The position numbers were made by a program, and so were the translations under genes. Under the pieces are notes generated by a model. The model was not told the DNA's origin, did not search any database, and was given only the letters and a program-made list of their open reading frames with translations. From Promethearchaeota archaeon (GTDB lineage: Archaea; Asgardarchaeota; Lokiarchaeia; Sigyniarchaeales; SOKP01), in assembly GCA_030599585.1 (NCBI GenBank), contig JAUVNS010000001.1, positions 320,001 through 384,000 on the forward strand: 64,000 nucleotides of DNA, given 5' to 3'. Position 1 is the stretch's first letter, and every line of letters begins with the position of its first letter. Positions 20,143-29,921 of this stretch are shown piece by piece.

Positions 20143-22053
20143 TTAAGCTTCTCTCGGTCCTAAAAACAGATCTACGATTGAAAGCCATTTTTTTTTGGTA
20201 AGGGGATCGTCTATGCTTTCATTTACCATATCTTTCCCTTTATTGAGATTTTCAACTCCTAACTCGAGATTTCCAAGTGTTGTATAGCAAATACCTAATT
20301 TGATGTAAGTTTGGTAAATATACCAATCGTGACTGCCTAAAACCATAGCCTTTACGAATTTTTTAGCCGCTTCCTTATATTCTTCGAAATACATTAAAAT
20401 TTCACCGTAAGTATCATAATAAATTCCTGTCTCAGGTTCAATTTCTACGAGTTTCTGAATTATTTTTATAGCTTCTTCTTTTCTATCTAAAAATTGTAGC
20501 CAATACGCTTTATAATTAAGAAGATCGTGATCTTTTGGATATTTTTGAAGTAAATAGTTAATTATCTCTAACCCGCTTTCAATTTTCTTCATTTTTTTAA
20601 GGACAGAAGCTTTTTTAATTTTGATGTCCTTTTCATTTTCTGGGAAAACTTCTAGAAGATCATCTAATAATAATAAGGATTCGCTGTATTGGTTGAAGTA
20701 AATCAAAATTCTAATTTTTGAGTAGTGTAAATTAATGTTCATTGGATCTGATTCAAGTTCTTTTTCAATTTCTTTAACCTTTTCTTTGTATTGAAGCTCT
20801 AATTTATCAGAACCTTTAATTAGAAGTATATTTGACATATCTTGCCAAATTATTCCTTCTAATTTGTCATAAGACTCCTTTAATTCCTTTTTAGACTCAA
20901 CTTTATACGCTAAATATTTAATATATTCTGGTAGAAACTCTCTTAATGACGCGTTTAATTCTTTAGTAAATAAGAATTCATTACTCCTGTTTACGATATC
21001 ATTTACAATGGATTTCATATCTATAATAGGCATAGTTGGCGTTGGTTTTGAAAAAAGTTTATTCAAATAAGAATTTTTAGCGATTTTATTCTCGGTAATT
21101 ATTCTAAGCATTTTTTCTAGTGTTCTGTCTGATTGAAAGTAGTATTGTTCACCTGAAGGTTGCCTTAACTTAAAAAATCTTAATGGATATATTTTACCCC
21201 CTGAAATCTCATCAATATAATAATCAAGTGTAGTTTTTTTTATTTTATAAAATTTTGAGAAATCTTCAGAGGAAATAAAGTTTGGATAATGATCCGGATG
21301 ATTAATTGAAAGAAATAGTAATATCTTATGAAAAATCTCCACATCTTTTAATAGCGGCTTAACTTTTTCATAATCTAATCTTAGTATATTGTTAAGAAAC
21401 CTAAATTGTATATCCTCATCTTTGATATTATATTTTTCAAAAAATTGAAGGGTTTTTTTTGTGATATCTTCGATCCTTTTACCCTCCTCCTCTAAGATAG
21501 TTTGTCGATCTAAATTGTAATTCTGAAGCATCCTTGAATATTCTGATTTACCTGCTCGCGTAATTACATATTTTCCATCCTCTTTTATTATAAAAGCTTT
21601 TTCGACTAATAGACTCAAATTCTTTGACAATGAAGATTGGTTTATGGATAAAGGATCTTCAAGGAAGTCAGACCTTTTGCAAAAATTATTGTTGTAAACC
21701 ATCCAAAGAATCCAATGAGCGTAAATTCTTCCACTTTTTAATATTATTTTAGGAGGATAATTTAGGTTACGCAACAACTTCTTAGCACTTGAAAGCTCAT
21801 AGAATTCTTTTTTTCCCTTTGATGTAATTCTGTAATGCCCTCTAGTATATTTTTCTACATAACCCTTGCGTTTTAGCGCTTCTAAATGTCTAGATAAAGT
21901 ACCTGGAGGAATTTCAAGTGGTTCTTGACAAAAATCTGCCCATTTACATATCTCATTATTATTCAACATCCAGAGAATTATATGGTCATAATTCGGTTTA
22001 TTCCATTTAGAGGGGCTATGGATCTTATCTGGAGGATAATTAATGCTTCCCAT
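20143..22053 (-). CDS. Tandem winged-helix plus TPR putative transcription regulator
   Basis: Two internal repeats (NYPP..Y.H.ILWM..NN..C...DF...PL.I...LS..L..L...Y.IT..GK) followed by C-terminal TPRs (YYDTYGEILM, YIKLGICY). Confidence 0.8.
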   Translation of the reverse strand: MGSINYPPDKIHSPSKWNKPNYDHIILWMLNNNEICKWADFCQEPLEIPPGTLSRHLEALKRKGYVEKYTRGHYRITSKGKKEFYELSSAKKLLRNLNYPPKIILKSGRIYAHWILWMVYNNNFCKRSDFLEDPLSINQSSLSKNLSLLVEKAFIIKEDGKYVITRAGKSEYSRMLQNYNLDRQTILEEEGKRIEDITKKTLQFFEKYNIKDEDIQFRFLNNILRLDYEKVKPLLKDVEIFHKILLFLSINHPDHYPNFISSEDFSKFYKIKKTTLDYYIDEISGGKIYPLRFFKLRQPSGEQYYFQSDRTLEKMLRIITENKIAKNSYLNKLFSKPTPTMPIIDMKSIVNDIVNRSNEFLFTKELNASLREFLPEYIKYLAYKVESKKELKESYDKLEGIIWQDMSNILLIKGSDKLELQYKEKVKEIEKELESDPMNINLHYSKIRILIYFNQYSESLLLLDDLLEVFPENEKDIKIKKASVLKKMKKIESGLEIINYLLQKYPKDHDLLNYKAYWLQFLDRKEEAIKIIQKLVEIEPETGIYYDTYGEILMYFEEYKEAAKKFVKAMVLGSHDWYIYQTYIKLGICYTTLGNLELGVENLNKGKDMVNESIDDPLTKKKWLSIVDLFLGPREA

Positions 22054-22131
22054 AATTTGAGAGAAATAAATCTTGTTTTTCTGAATTATAGATCAGAATC
22101 TATTCTATTTATATTTATTTCATGAAACTTT

Positions 22132-22222
22132 CATAAAAACTCGAAACTATCGCGAAACTATCGATAACTCAATTATAAATGCAACAATGTCTCAACATTT
22201 AATTAATCATCATAAAGATGAT
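22132..22222 (+). promoter_or_regulatory. Duplicated promoter, copy 1: (CGAAACTATCG)x2, TATA box, ATCATC-N5-GATGAT
   Basis: Perfect 11-bp tandem repeat 22142-22163, TTATAAAT 22173-22180, inverted repeat 22206-22222. 56 of 63 nt identical to 24823-24885. Confidence 0.75.
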
Positions 22223-22260
22223 AAAAACGAAATTTAACAAAAAAGAGTTGATCTAAAAAA

Positions 22261-22656
22261 ATGACTGAAATTAAAAAAATTACTAAGATTGCCTTGCTTT
22301 GGTACGGTGTAGCAGGTATACTTTTTGCGTTTTTTTACTTGGTACTTACCGATTTATATGTAGCTATGACACAATGGCCATTTAACGACCCTGTTATGTT
22401 TTGGAGTTTAGGAGGGACCTTGTTAGTTATTGGGATAGCTTCACTAATGGCATTTTTTAAAAAAGAATGGGAGGAAATAAAGCTATTTTTCCTGTTTTCG
22501 ATGATGTGGTTACTATATTTTATAATCATGAATATCATTACTATAGTACTATTAAGTTTACCCGAGATGGCCCTAATGAGTCAGATAACTAATATAATGC
22601 TCTTAACATTCAATATAGTCCTAGGTACAATCTGCTGGATAAAACAAAAAAGTTAA
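22261..22656 (+). CDS. Small four-TM membrane protein
   Basis: 131 aa with four hydrophobic helices, downstream of promoter copy 1. Confidence 0.75.
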   Translation: MTEIKKITKIALLWYGVAGILFAFFYLVLTDLYVAMTQWPFNDPVMFWSLGGTLLVIGIASLMAFFKKEWEEIKLFFLFSMMWLLYFIIMNIITIVLLSLPEMALMSQITNIMLLTFNIVLGTICWIKQKS

Positions 22657-22797
22657 ATCAATAGAAATATCAAAATCTTAAATTTTTTTTTCTTTTTTAG
22701 TATGTAATTAACTAGTTCTTATAGTTCATCAAACACTAGATTTAAAATTACGATTAGCTTAACTTATCTTAAGGTTATATCCAAATTTGTCATAATT

Positions 22798-24747
22798 ATG
22801 TCTAATCCAAAACTAAACAAATTAACAAGAGCAGAAGAACTTTTTGATGATGGTAAGCTTGACGAAGCTCTTGAACTCTTAAATGATAAAAGCCAATTTG
22901 AAGGGCTCAATTTTGAAAAAAAAAACCATTTTCAATCTCTTAAAGGCTTAATATTACTATATCAGAATAAAAACCTTGAACTTATTGAGTTAGGAGAACT
23001 CATGTTTAAAGAGGGCCAAGCTCTTAAAGAAAATCTCCATAGCTCTGACGGATTATTTTTTAATGCCATGGGATTAGATCTAGAAAAAAGATTTGAGGAA
23101 GCGTTTAATAGGATTGGACAAGCTGAGACTTTATTAGGACTCATTTCTAATGTACCAAAAAAAGTGATAAATCGAAGAGGATTTCGCTTAAATGTACTAA
23201 AAACAATGATTTATATACATATGGGTAAGATAGACATAGCAGAGAAGTGTTTAAAAGAACTCTTACACTCCCAAGATGACCCTAATATTTCATGGGAGCT
23301 AATTTGGGCATACACAAATATGGCATATATTAAATTGATAATGAGAGGAAGGTCTGATCTTGCTTTGGAATACGCTGAGAAAGCGATGAGTCTTGCGAAG
23401 AAAATAAAATTTAACCACTACTGGTTAGGTTATTGTCACATTGGTATGGGGTCTTTACACATGCAAAGATGCGAGTATGAAATGAGTTTTGAGCATCATA
23501 TGAAGAGTTTAGCGTATTTTAAACGGATAAATAACATTTGGTTTATTGCGCATTTATATAACAACCTGGGTAATTTACATTGCATTAAAGGAGAATGTGA
23601 CATCGCTTTGAAATATTTGGAGGAAGCTTTAATACTTTGGGAGCCATATTCGCTAATGAAGGATGCTTGTCTTGATTCTATGATATGGGTATCTCTTGAA
23701 AATGGAGATATTGAACGTGCTCAAAGATATTTTCAACAATTGGAAAATTTGTACAATGAAAATAAAAGTTCTCCTCTCAAAGTGCTTTACAAATTCAATA
23801 AAGCTAGAATATTAAAAAGAAGTTCTCGAATCCGAGATAAAGCTAAAGCTGAAGAATTATTGAAACAGGTCATCGAAAATGAATATCATTTTTTTGAAAT
23901 AAAAATTGCTGCCCATGTCAATCTTTGCGACTTACTACTAGCGGAGTTTCGTGTAAATAATAATAGTGAGGTCCTTGAAGAAGTAAATAGATATATTGAC
24001 AATTTATTATCCATTGCTGAAGCGTCTGGCTCGTACAATATTTTTTGTAATACTTTCATTCTTCAAGCAAAATTAGCCTTAATAAACTTTGATATGAAAG
24101 CAGCTCGTCGATTTTTAACCCAAGCTCAAAAAATTGCAGAATCTCACGGAATTAAGCGATTAGCAATGAAAGTTTCTCAAGAACACGATGAATTAATTAA
24201 ACAATCGAAACTGTGGGAGAATTTAAACGAATCAGAATTGCCTTTATCTGAACGCTGGAAGCTCGCAGGTTTGAATGAACAAATAGAGAATATGGTCAGA
24301 AAACGAATGATTGCAGTTCCTGAGCTTTCTAATGAGGAGCCCGTGCTACTTTTAATTGTATCCGAAGGAGGTGTTCCTTTTTTTTCACATTCTTTTGTAG
24401 AAGATAAATCGTTTAGATCTCACCTCTTTGGGGGTTTTCTAAGCACAATCGATTATTTTATTAAAGAAACATTTTCTGAAGGATTAGACAGAGCAGTTTT
24501 CGGTGAACATACTCTTCTTATGAAATCTGTTCCGCCTTTCTTTATTTCCTATATTTTTAAAGGCGATTCTTATTATGCTCTTCAAAAAGTAGATTATTTC
24601 AAAGATCATTTACAAAAAGAAGAAGATATTTGGCAAAATTTGCTTAAAAATTTTCAAAAAAACACTGCTGTTCAGTTAAAAGATTACCCCTTACTTGAAT
24701 CTCTAATAACAGAGACATTTATCGCCAAAAGGATTGTATTTGGATAA
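22798..24747 (+). CDS. TPR protein with C-terminal longin-like domain
   Basis: TPR motifs (LYNNLGNLH..KGE..ALKYLEEAL); C-terminal LLLIVSEGGVPFFSHSF..HLFGGFLSTIDYF..TLLM..FISYIF. Confidence 0.75.
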   Translation: MSNPKLNKLTRAEELFDDGKLDEALELLNDKSQFEGLNFEKKNHFQSLKGLILLYQNKNLELIELGELMFKEGQALKENLHSSDGLFFNAMGLDLEKRFEEAFNRIGQAETLLGLISNVPKKVINRRGFRLNVLKTMIYIHMGKIDIAEKCLKELLHSQDDPNISWELIWAYTNMAYIKLIMRGRSDLALEYAEKAMSLAKKIKFNHYWLGYCHIGMGSLHMQRCEYEMSFEHHMKSLAYFKRINNIWFIAHLYNNLGNLHCIKGECDIALKYLEEALILWEPYSLMKDACLDSMIWVSLENGDIERAQRYFQQLENLYNENKSSPLKVLYKFNKARILKRSSRIRDKAKAEELLKQVIENEYHFFEIKIAAHVNLCDLLLAEFRVNNNSEVLEEVNRYIDNLLSIAEASGSYNIFCNTFILQAKLALINFDMKAARRFLTQAQKIAESHGIKRLAMKVSQEHDELIKQSKLWENLNESELPLSERWKLAGLNEQIENMVRKRMIAVPELSNEEPVLLLIVSEGGVPFFSHSFVEDKSFRSHLFGGFLSTIDYFIKETFSEGLDRAVFGEHTLLMKSVPPFFISYIFKGDSYYALQKVDYFKDHLQKEEDIWQNLLKNFQKNTAVQLKDYPLLESLITETFIAKRIVFG

Positions 24748-24822
24748 TTTTAACTTTGAGTTTTCTGCTTTTAAATTGATGTTGGAAAATTTAATTTAAC
24801 TCTATACATTTTTCAAAAATTC

Positions 24823-24910
24823 CATAAAAAATCGAAACTATCGTAAAACTATCGATTGCTCAATTATAAATGCAACTATATCTCATCAATCTCTGATCAT
24901 CATAGATGAT
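24823..24910 (+). promoter_or_regulatory. Duplicated promoter, copy 2: CGAAACTATCG-TAAAACTATCG, TATA box, ATCATC-N3-GATGAT
   Basis: Tandem repeat 24833-24854, TTATAAAT 24864-24871, inverted repeat 24896-24910; repeat-to-TATA spacing identical to copy 1. Confidence 0.75.
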
Positions 24911-24950
24911 AAATTTAAAGATAAACCTAAACAAAGAGGTATAATAAAAA

Positions 24951-25583
24951 ATGAAAAAAACAAAAATTTTTCTACTAGCGACTTTGGGAATATGCATGTT
25001 AACCTTTATACCAGCAGCCCTAGGAGCGGCAGAGAATAGACCAATTTCGGCCTTTACTGCCACTAACCCTAATGTAGCAGCATGGTCGGATCCTGAGTCT
25101 GGGTTGACCGTTTTTCCTCATGGATTTTATTTGTTTGGTTTGGATGGCTTAGAAAGCATCGCAGAATGTGATCATCATGGTTCTGTACTCGTGAAAGACT
25201 TGAAAGATGGACGTATTTTGTATAAAGTGAATTTACATGTAGAGGGTGCATCAATGTTTGTTGCCAATGCCACCACAGTGATATTTGCAGGAGAAATGGA
25301 CTATAGTTTCCAAGTAACCATGATTGTTTATGAAGGAGAACTCAGCGATCCTATTCCATATCTTCTTGCCATATGGTTCCCAGCAGCACTAGGAATAGAG
25401 CCTATAGGCGAAGGTACGTTTTCACATATAACGGGGAGTGGTACTGGGACATTTGTTGATGATTATGCAGCAATTAGACTAGGTTTTGCTCCTGGAGCCA
25501 TTGCGAAGCTAAAGATCAATCAAGTTGGTATTTTAAGGTCAGAGCGAGAAATGTGGCCCGTAGAATTAATATTTATACACTAA
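24951..25583 (+). CDS. Secreted protein of unknown function
   Basis: Signal peptide MKKTKIFLLATLGICMLTFIPAALGA, beta-rich mature region, GAGGT RBS. Confidence 0.8.
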   Translation: MKKTKIFLLATLGICMLTFIPAALGAAENRPISAFTATNPNVAAWSDPESGLTVFPHGFYLFGLDGLESIAECDHHGSVLVKDLKDGRILYKVNLHVEGASMFVANATTVIFAGEMDYSFQVTMIVYEGELSDPIPYLLAIWFPAALGIEPIGEGTFSHITGSGTGTFVDDYAAIRLGFAPGAIAKLKINQVGILRSEREMWPVELIFIH

Positions 25584-25638
25584 AAAAGCCAAATACAAGT
25601 ACCATAATAAATATAAAGAAAAAATTTGTCTTAATTAA

Positions 25639-25706
25639 AAATATAGAAAAGGGAGGAACTAGAGATAGGGAGGGAATTCCTCCATTCTATATTTCTTTTT
25701 TTTTTT
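25639..25706 (+). terminator. Stem-loop plus T-tract downstream of the secreted-protein gene
   Basis: AAATATAGAA (25639-48) pairs with TTCTATATTT (25685-94), and GGAGGAA (25652-58) pairs with TTCCTCC (25677-83); a long T run follows. Confidence 0.55.
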
Positions 25707-25921
25707 AACTTATAATAGCTTTCGTAAAAATAATCATTTATTAATGGAAAACAGAGTGATCATGATGTTTGGCACATATTTAAAAAATTCCATCAACTGA
25801 AGAAAGACTTTAACATCTAAGAATTGCTGTTAAAATATTCATTTTGCTAAACTTTTATAATATACAATATCTAATTCTACATTATAGTAAAAATATAATA
25901 CGAGAAGCACTAAATTATTTA

Positions 25922-26476
25922 ATGACGAATCCTCAAGAATTTGGATTTAAGATTTCCATAATAGGAGATGGAGGGGTAGGAAAGACATCCTTAATTAAAA
26001 AATTCACTAAAGGCACTTTCGAAAAAGATTACAACCAGACTATCGGTGCCCAATTTACAATATATGATATGGAAATTGATGGGGATTTAATTAATTTAAT
26101 ATTCTGGGATATTGCTGGACAAGATGATTTTAAATTTTTGCATCCTTTATTTTACAGGGAAAGTAGGGGGTGTATAATTGTTTTTAGCCTTGAAGAAAAT
26201 GATTTAGGTGAAGAAAGTTTTAACCATATAGAAAATTGGCATAACGAACTCAAGAAGTATTGTAGCGATATTCCCGTGGTTCTATTTGCTAATAAAGTTG
26301 ATCTAATAGAGGAAGCCAATTTAATCAAAACGAACATTCAAGAGGTTATAAAGGAAAGAAATTTTCTCGGATATTTCCTAACATCAGCAAAAATGGGAAA
26401 AGGAGTTCATGAGGCTTTCAAAGCGATCATTGAAAAACTATATTATAAGTATAAAGATTTATCTTCCGAATTATAA
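25922..26476 (+). CDS. Rab/Ras-like small GTPase
   Basis: G1 GDGGVGKTS, G2 TIGAQF, G3 WDIAGQ, G4 NKVD, G5 TSAK; no C-terminal prenylation Cys. ATG 25922 preferred over TTG 25844. Confidence 0.92.
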   Translation: MTNPQEFGFKISIIGDGGVGKTSLIKKFTKGTFEKDYNQTIGAQFTIYDMEIDGDLINLIFWDIAGQDDFKFLHPLFYRESRGCIIVFSLEENDLGEESFNHIENWHNELKKYCSDIPVVLFANKVDLIEEANLIKTNIQEVIKERNFLGYFLTSAKMGKGVHEAFKAIIEKLYYKYKDLSSEL

Positions 26477-26625
26477 AACAATGAAACAATATATCAATGT
26501 TTTAATGGACAATTCTTTTTCTCCGTAATTTTTTATTTTTAAGTCCCTTTTTTTTGAGTTAAAAAATAAATTTTTAAGCATTTGTTTTATATTATTATTA
26601 AATATTATTATTTGAGAAGATTATT

Positions 26626-26910
26626 TTGATCAATCGACAAGAAGTCAAGAACATCATACGTCGCTTCGAAGAACGCGAGGGAATAAGGGGTGTGATCATC
26701 TGCGATTCAAGTGGTTTACCGATAGATTCTAACATGGATATCGAAATAAGTGAAGAGATATCCGCTTACGTTACATCCTTAATTGGAAAGGGAAAACAAG
26801 TCGTGGAAGCTTTAAAGGAAGGAGGTTTGAAGTTTATACGCCTGGAGACAAATAAAGGAGAGACTATGATTGCTCTTGAAGAATCGCTTATTTTAATTAT
26901 CCTTAAGTAG
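26626..26910 (+). CDS. Roadblock/LC7 domain protein (dynein light chain roadblock-like)
   Basis: GIRGVIICDSSGLPIDSNM..LKFIRLETNKGETMIA..LILIILK. Confidence 0.88.
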   Translation: MINRQEVKNIIRRFEEREGIRGVIICDSSGLPIDSNMDIEISEEISAYVTSLIGKGKQVVEALKEGGLKFIRLETNKGETMIALEESLILIILK

Positions 26911-26976
26911 CCCATCTTTTATTTTCTTGATCTTATCTGAGTAAACAACTTGTTCTTACATATATTTTTTTAAAAA

Positions 26977-27609
26977 TTAAAGAAAAAATTTCCTAAACAT
27001 ATTATTTGTTCTTTCTTCTCCTACAGTTGATAAACCCATATGCCCAGGGCATACGATAAAGCTATCGTTTATTTTCTTATTATGCATAATCTTCTTTCTT
27101 ATACTTTCAAATAATAAATTCTGATTCCCACCTGGAAAATCTGATCTTCCAATACTTCCTCTAAAGAGTAAATCCCCCGTGAACACTATACCGCTAATTT
27201 CGTTTCCTCTGAACTTATTAACATCGGAAGTGTAAAAGCACAAAGATCCTGGACTATGACCTGGTGTTTCTAAAGTAAGGAGGTTTATCTTTCCGATTTT
27301 AATTACATCTCCCTCAACTAACCACCGGTTAGCTTCTTTTTGTTTGAATGTTCCAGAATCGTATTCTTTCTTATTATACATCAGGGGTATTTGAAAGTGG
27401 CGCATTATTTTGCCTACTTTTGTTGTGTGATCGAAATGACCGTGCGTTAACAAAACTGCAATTGGTTTTCCGTTCAATTCGTCAATACTCCTAATTATAG
27501 CTTCGGCGTTTCCTCCTGGATCTATTACAACAATTTCTTTGGTCTTGTCTGATCCAAAAATATAGCAATTAGTACCCAATTGTCCTACGATAAGCTTTTT
27601 GAAAATCAT
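26977..27609 (-). CDS. MBL-fold metallo-hydrolase (glyoxalase II-like)
   Basis: THGHFDH, TPGHSPGS, FTGDLLF and PGH motifs; AGGAG RBS before ATG 27609. Confidence 0.9.
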   Translation of the reverse strand: MIFKKLIVGQLGTNCYIFGSDKTKEIVVIDPGGNAEAIIRSIDELNGKPIAVLLTHGHFDHTTKVGKIMRHFQIPLMYNKKEYDSGTFKQKEANRWLVEGDVIKIGKINLLTLETPGHSPGSLCFYTSDVNKFRGNEISGIVFTGDLLFRGSIGRSDFPGGNQNLLFESIRKKIMHNKKINDSFIVCPGHMGLSTVGEERTNNMFRKFFL

Positions 27610-27718
27610 TTTTTCGTAACTCCTTCTAATCATCTAAATATATCATCTTTTTAATAAAAAAAGAAAGAAAGATTAAAAATAACTGCTGAGAATATGAGAT
27701 TTTAGCACAAAGTGAAGT

Positions 27719-28006
27719 CTATTTATTGTTTATTAGATTATTAATTTCTACTAATCTATTATACACATCTAAACCTTTAGGCGTTAATTTTACATATTTC
27801 TTTTTGTTGTTCTGCTCAATCGCAATCAATCCCCTATCAATTAAATCCTCTTTAACTCGGAAATACGAATTGTAGTAGCTAAACTTGTTCAATTCGTTAT
27901 AAAAGGAGTGTTTATCGATTTTATGCCCTTTAGAATTCATTAGGACTTCTAATGTATCTCTAAAACCTTTCTTCTTTAAAAAGCTTATCAAATCATCAAT
28001 TGTCAT
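27719..28006 (-). CDS. Small winged-helix DNA-binding protein
   Basis: LIDRGLI..KKYVKLTPKG wing motif. Confidence 0.7.
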   Translation of the reverse strand: MTIDDLISFLKKKGFRDTLEVLMNSKGHKIDKHSFYNELNKFSYYNSYFRVKEDLIDRGLIAIEQNNKKKYVKLTPKGLDVYNRLVEINNLINNK

Positions 28007-28271
28007 TCTATCCCTTACCTTATTTAAATGGTATCAACTAAATTTACTTAAATGTAATAAAATAAAACTTTCAAAATTAAAAAACATTTTGAAAATAATT
28101 ATTAAGCCAATAATGAAATAAACAAATAATTTAAATTATGGGCTCAAATTCCCTAAAAACAAAATAATCCTTAAAGTTAAACGCTCATCAAAATAAACTG
28201 GAGTAAATTAGGTCACAATTCTCATATTAATTTATCAAAATTTATTACTTGGAAATAATTTTTAAACTTGA

Positions 28272-28997
28272 ATGGACTTTAGAAGATATTTTGAATTCGC
28301 AAAAGGTAACACACCAGTTATCCTATCTTGTCCTCATGGAGGATACAAAAAGCCAAAGAGAATACCAGATAAAACAGTCGGACCTCGAATTGCTGACAAG
28401 AATACGTACTTCATCGCAAAGTTGATTATAAGTTCATTAAAAGTTAGAAATATCCGAATTTTCTATATTCTTAACAAAATCCACAGAAGTAAAGTAGATT
28501 TAAATCGACCTTCGCAATCGGAAAGTTCCTACAATCGATCTTCTATTGAAGCCAAGACGATTTTTCATTCTTATCAAGAAATTTTGAACGATTTCGCTCA
28601 AGAGTGCGTATCAAACTACGGAAGAGCGTTAATAATAGATTTTCATGGATATACAAAGCCTTATAGAGAATATCCAGATGTAATTTTTGGTCACATCTTC
28701 GGGAAAACCCTCGACTTATTAGAAGATTTAAACAAGCAAGATTGTAAGAAATATTGGGGTTGTTCACAGTTACAAAACGAATTCTCTAAGCATTTCAAAA
28801 TGGACGATGGTCTGGCTTTAACGGAACATAATTTATCTTACTCTGGGGGATATATAACTCAACAATTTTTTAAAAAAAGCCAAATAAACGCCCTTCAAAT
28901 AGAGGTCGCAAAAAGCATTCGCTTGGACTTAAAACTTACAAAAACTCTTGTAAACGCATTCACAAAAGCCATTATCGAATCTATTAGTGAAACATGA
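28272..28997 (+). CDS. N-formylglutamate amidohydrolase-like protein
   Basis: ILSCPHGG, RSKVDLNR, IDFHG, YSGGYIT and ALQIE motifs. Confidence 0.8.
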   Translation: MDFRRYFEFAKGNTPVILSCPHGGYKKPKRIPDKTVGPRIADKNTYFIAKLIISSLKVRNIRIFYILNKIHRSKVDLNRPSQSESSYNRSSIEAKTIFHSYQEILNDFAQECVSNYGRALIIDFHGYTKPYREYPDVIFGHIFGKTLDLLEDLNKQDCKKYWGCSQLQNEFSKHFKMDDGLALTEHNLSYSGGYITQQFFKKSQINALQIEVAKSIRLDLKLTKTLVNAFTKAIIESISET

Positions 28998-29013
28998 ATT
29001 GAATTATTTTTAG

Positions 29014-29232
29014 TTATGCGTCACTAAAAATTTGATTTAGAAGCGTAAAGAAGAAAAATACCGCAAATAGTAGTAAAATAGCTGGAATAAAACCTAAAAT
29101 CTGAAGTGCAACCAAACTACTAATTATTGGAACAGGGTTAACGTAAAGAATGAAATAAACAAAAATAAACGATAGTAGAAAAAAAATTGTAAATGCTATA
29201 TCTTTACAGATATACTTTTTTTTCTCGTCCAT
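29014..29232 (-). CDS. Small two-TM membrane protein
   Basis: 72 aa with two hydrophobic helices. Confidence 0.55.
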   Translation of the reverse strand: MDEKKKYICKDIAFTIFFLLSFIFVYFILYVNPVPIISSLVALQILGFIPAILLLFAVFFFFTLLNQIFSDA

Positions 29233-29288
29233 GGTAAATATGTAACTGATTAACCTATAAAAATGTTCTTATAATAATAATACAGCGC

Positions 29289-29498
29289 TCAGCCTTTCCG
29301 AATTACATAATGTAAAGCGGAAAAGAAAAAAAACCCCATAAAAAAAATAAGCGTTACCATGACTACAATAGTAATCTGATATTCCACCCAATTGTTAAAC
29401 TCAGCGATTACTAGAAAAGTAATAGCACAGATAACAGAGATTAAAAATACAATAAAAAGAAGTGTATATTTTAAAAAATCTTTTTTCCGTTCATGCAT
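29289..29498 (-). CDS. Small two-TM membrane protein
   Basis: 69 aa, same layout as the 29014 ORF. Confidence 0.55.
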   Translation of the reverse strand: MHERKKDFLKYTLLFIVFLISVICAITFLVIAEFNNWVEYQITIVVMVTLIFFMGFFFFSALHYVIRKG

Positions 29499-29582
29499 TG
29501 TTAAAATTGTAAATGAACATCCATCTTTAAGAATTGTGTCTATATTAATAGACTAAAATAGATGAATGCCAGATTAATTTTC

Positions 29583-29921
29583 TCAACTCATCATCTCGAG
29601 GACAACTATCAATATGCCATAAAGGATGTAAGGGATAAATGGAAGTATCAAAGCAATAAAGACTAAACCTATTGGTCCAATAAACCCTATACTAAGTGGA
29701 ATCCACCACCACGAAAGCCCTCCTCCAACCATAAGATAAACGGATACAATTAACCCTAAAATTGCACCTGCTATCAATAACCCTTTCATAGGCCCCTTAT
29801 GTAATAAATACGCATAGTATTTACCCATAAAAGAATTTTTACTCTCTATTAATGCTTTTCTATCCGAAATCTCCTCTTTTTCTTCAAGCACATATAATTG
29901 TTCTTCAATCACATTAACCAC
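29583..29921 (-). CDS. Small membrane protein
   Basis: Charged N-terminus and hydrophobic C-terminal half; the real start may be GTG 29912 after AGGTGG. Confidence 0.6.
   Translation of the reverse strand: MVNVIEEQLYVLEEKEEISDRKALIESKNSFMGKYYAYLLHKGPMKGLLIAGAILGLIVSVYLMVGGGLSWWWIPLSIGFIGPIGLVFIALILPFIPYILYGILIVVLEMMS

Noticed and set aside
22142-22163. Tandem repeat as a CRISPR remnant
   Set aside because: Only two adjacent 11-bp units, no spacers and no cas genes.
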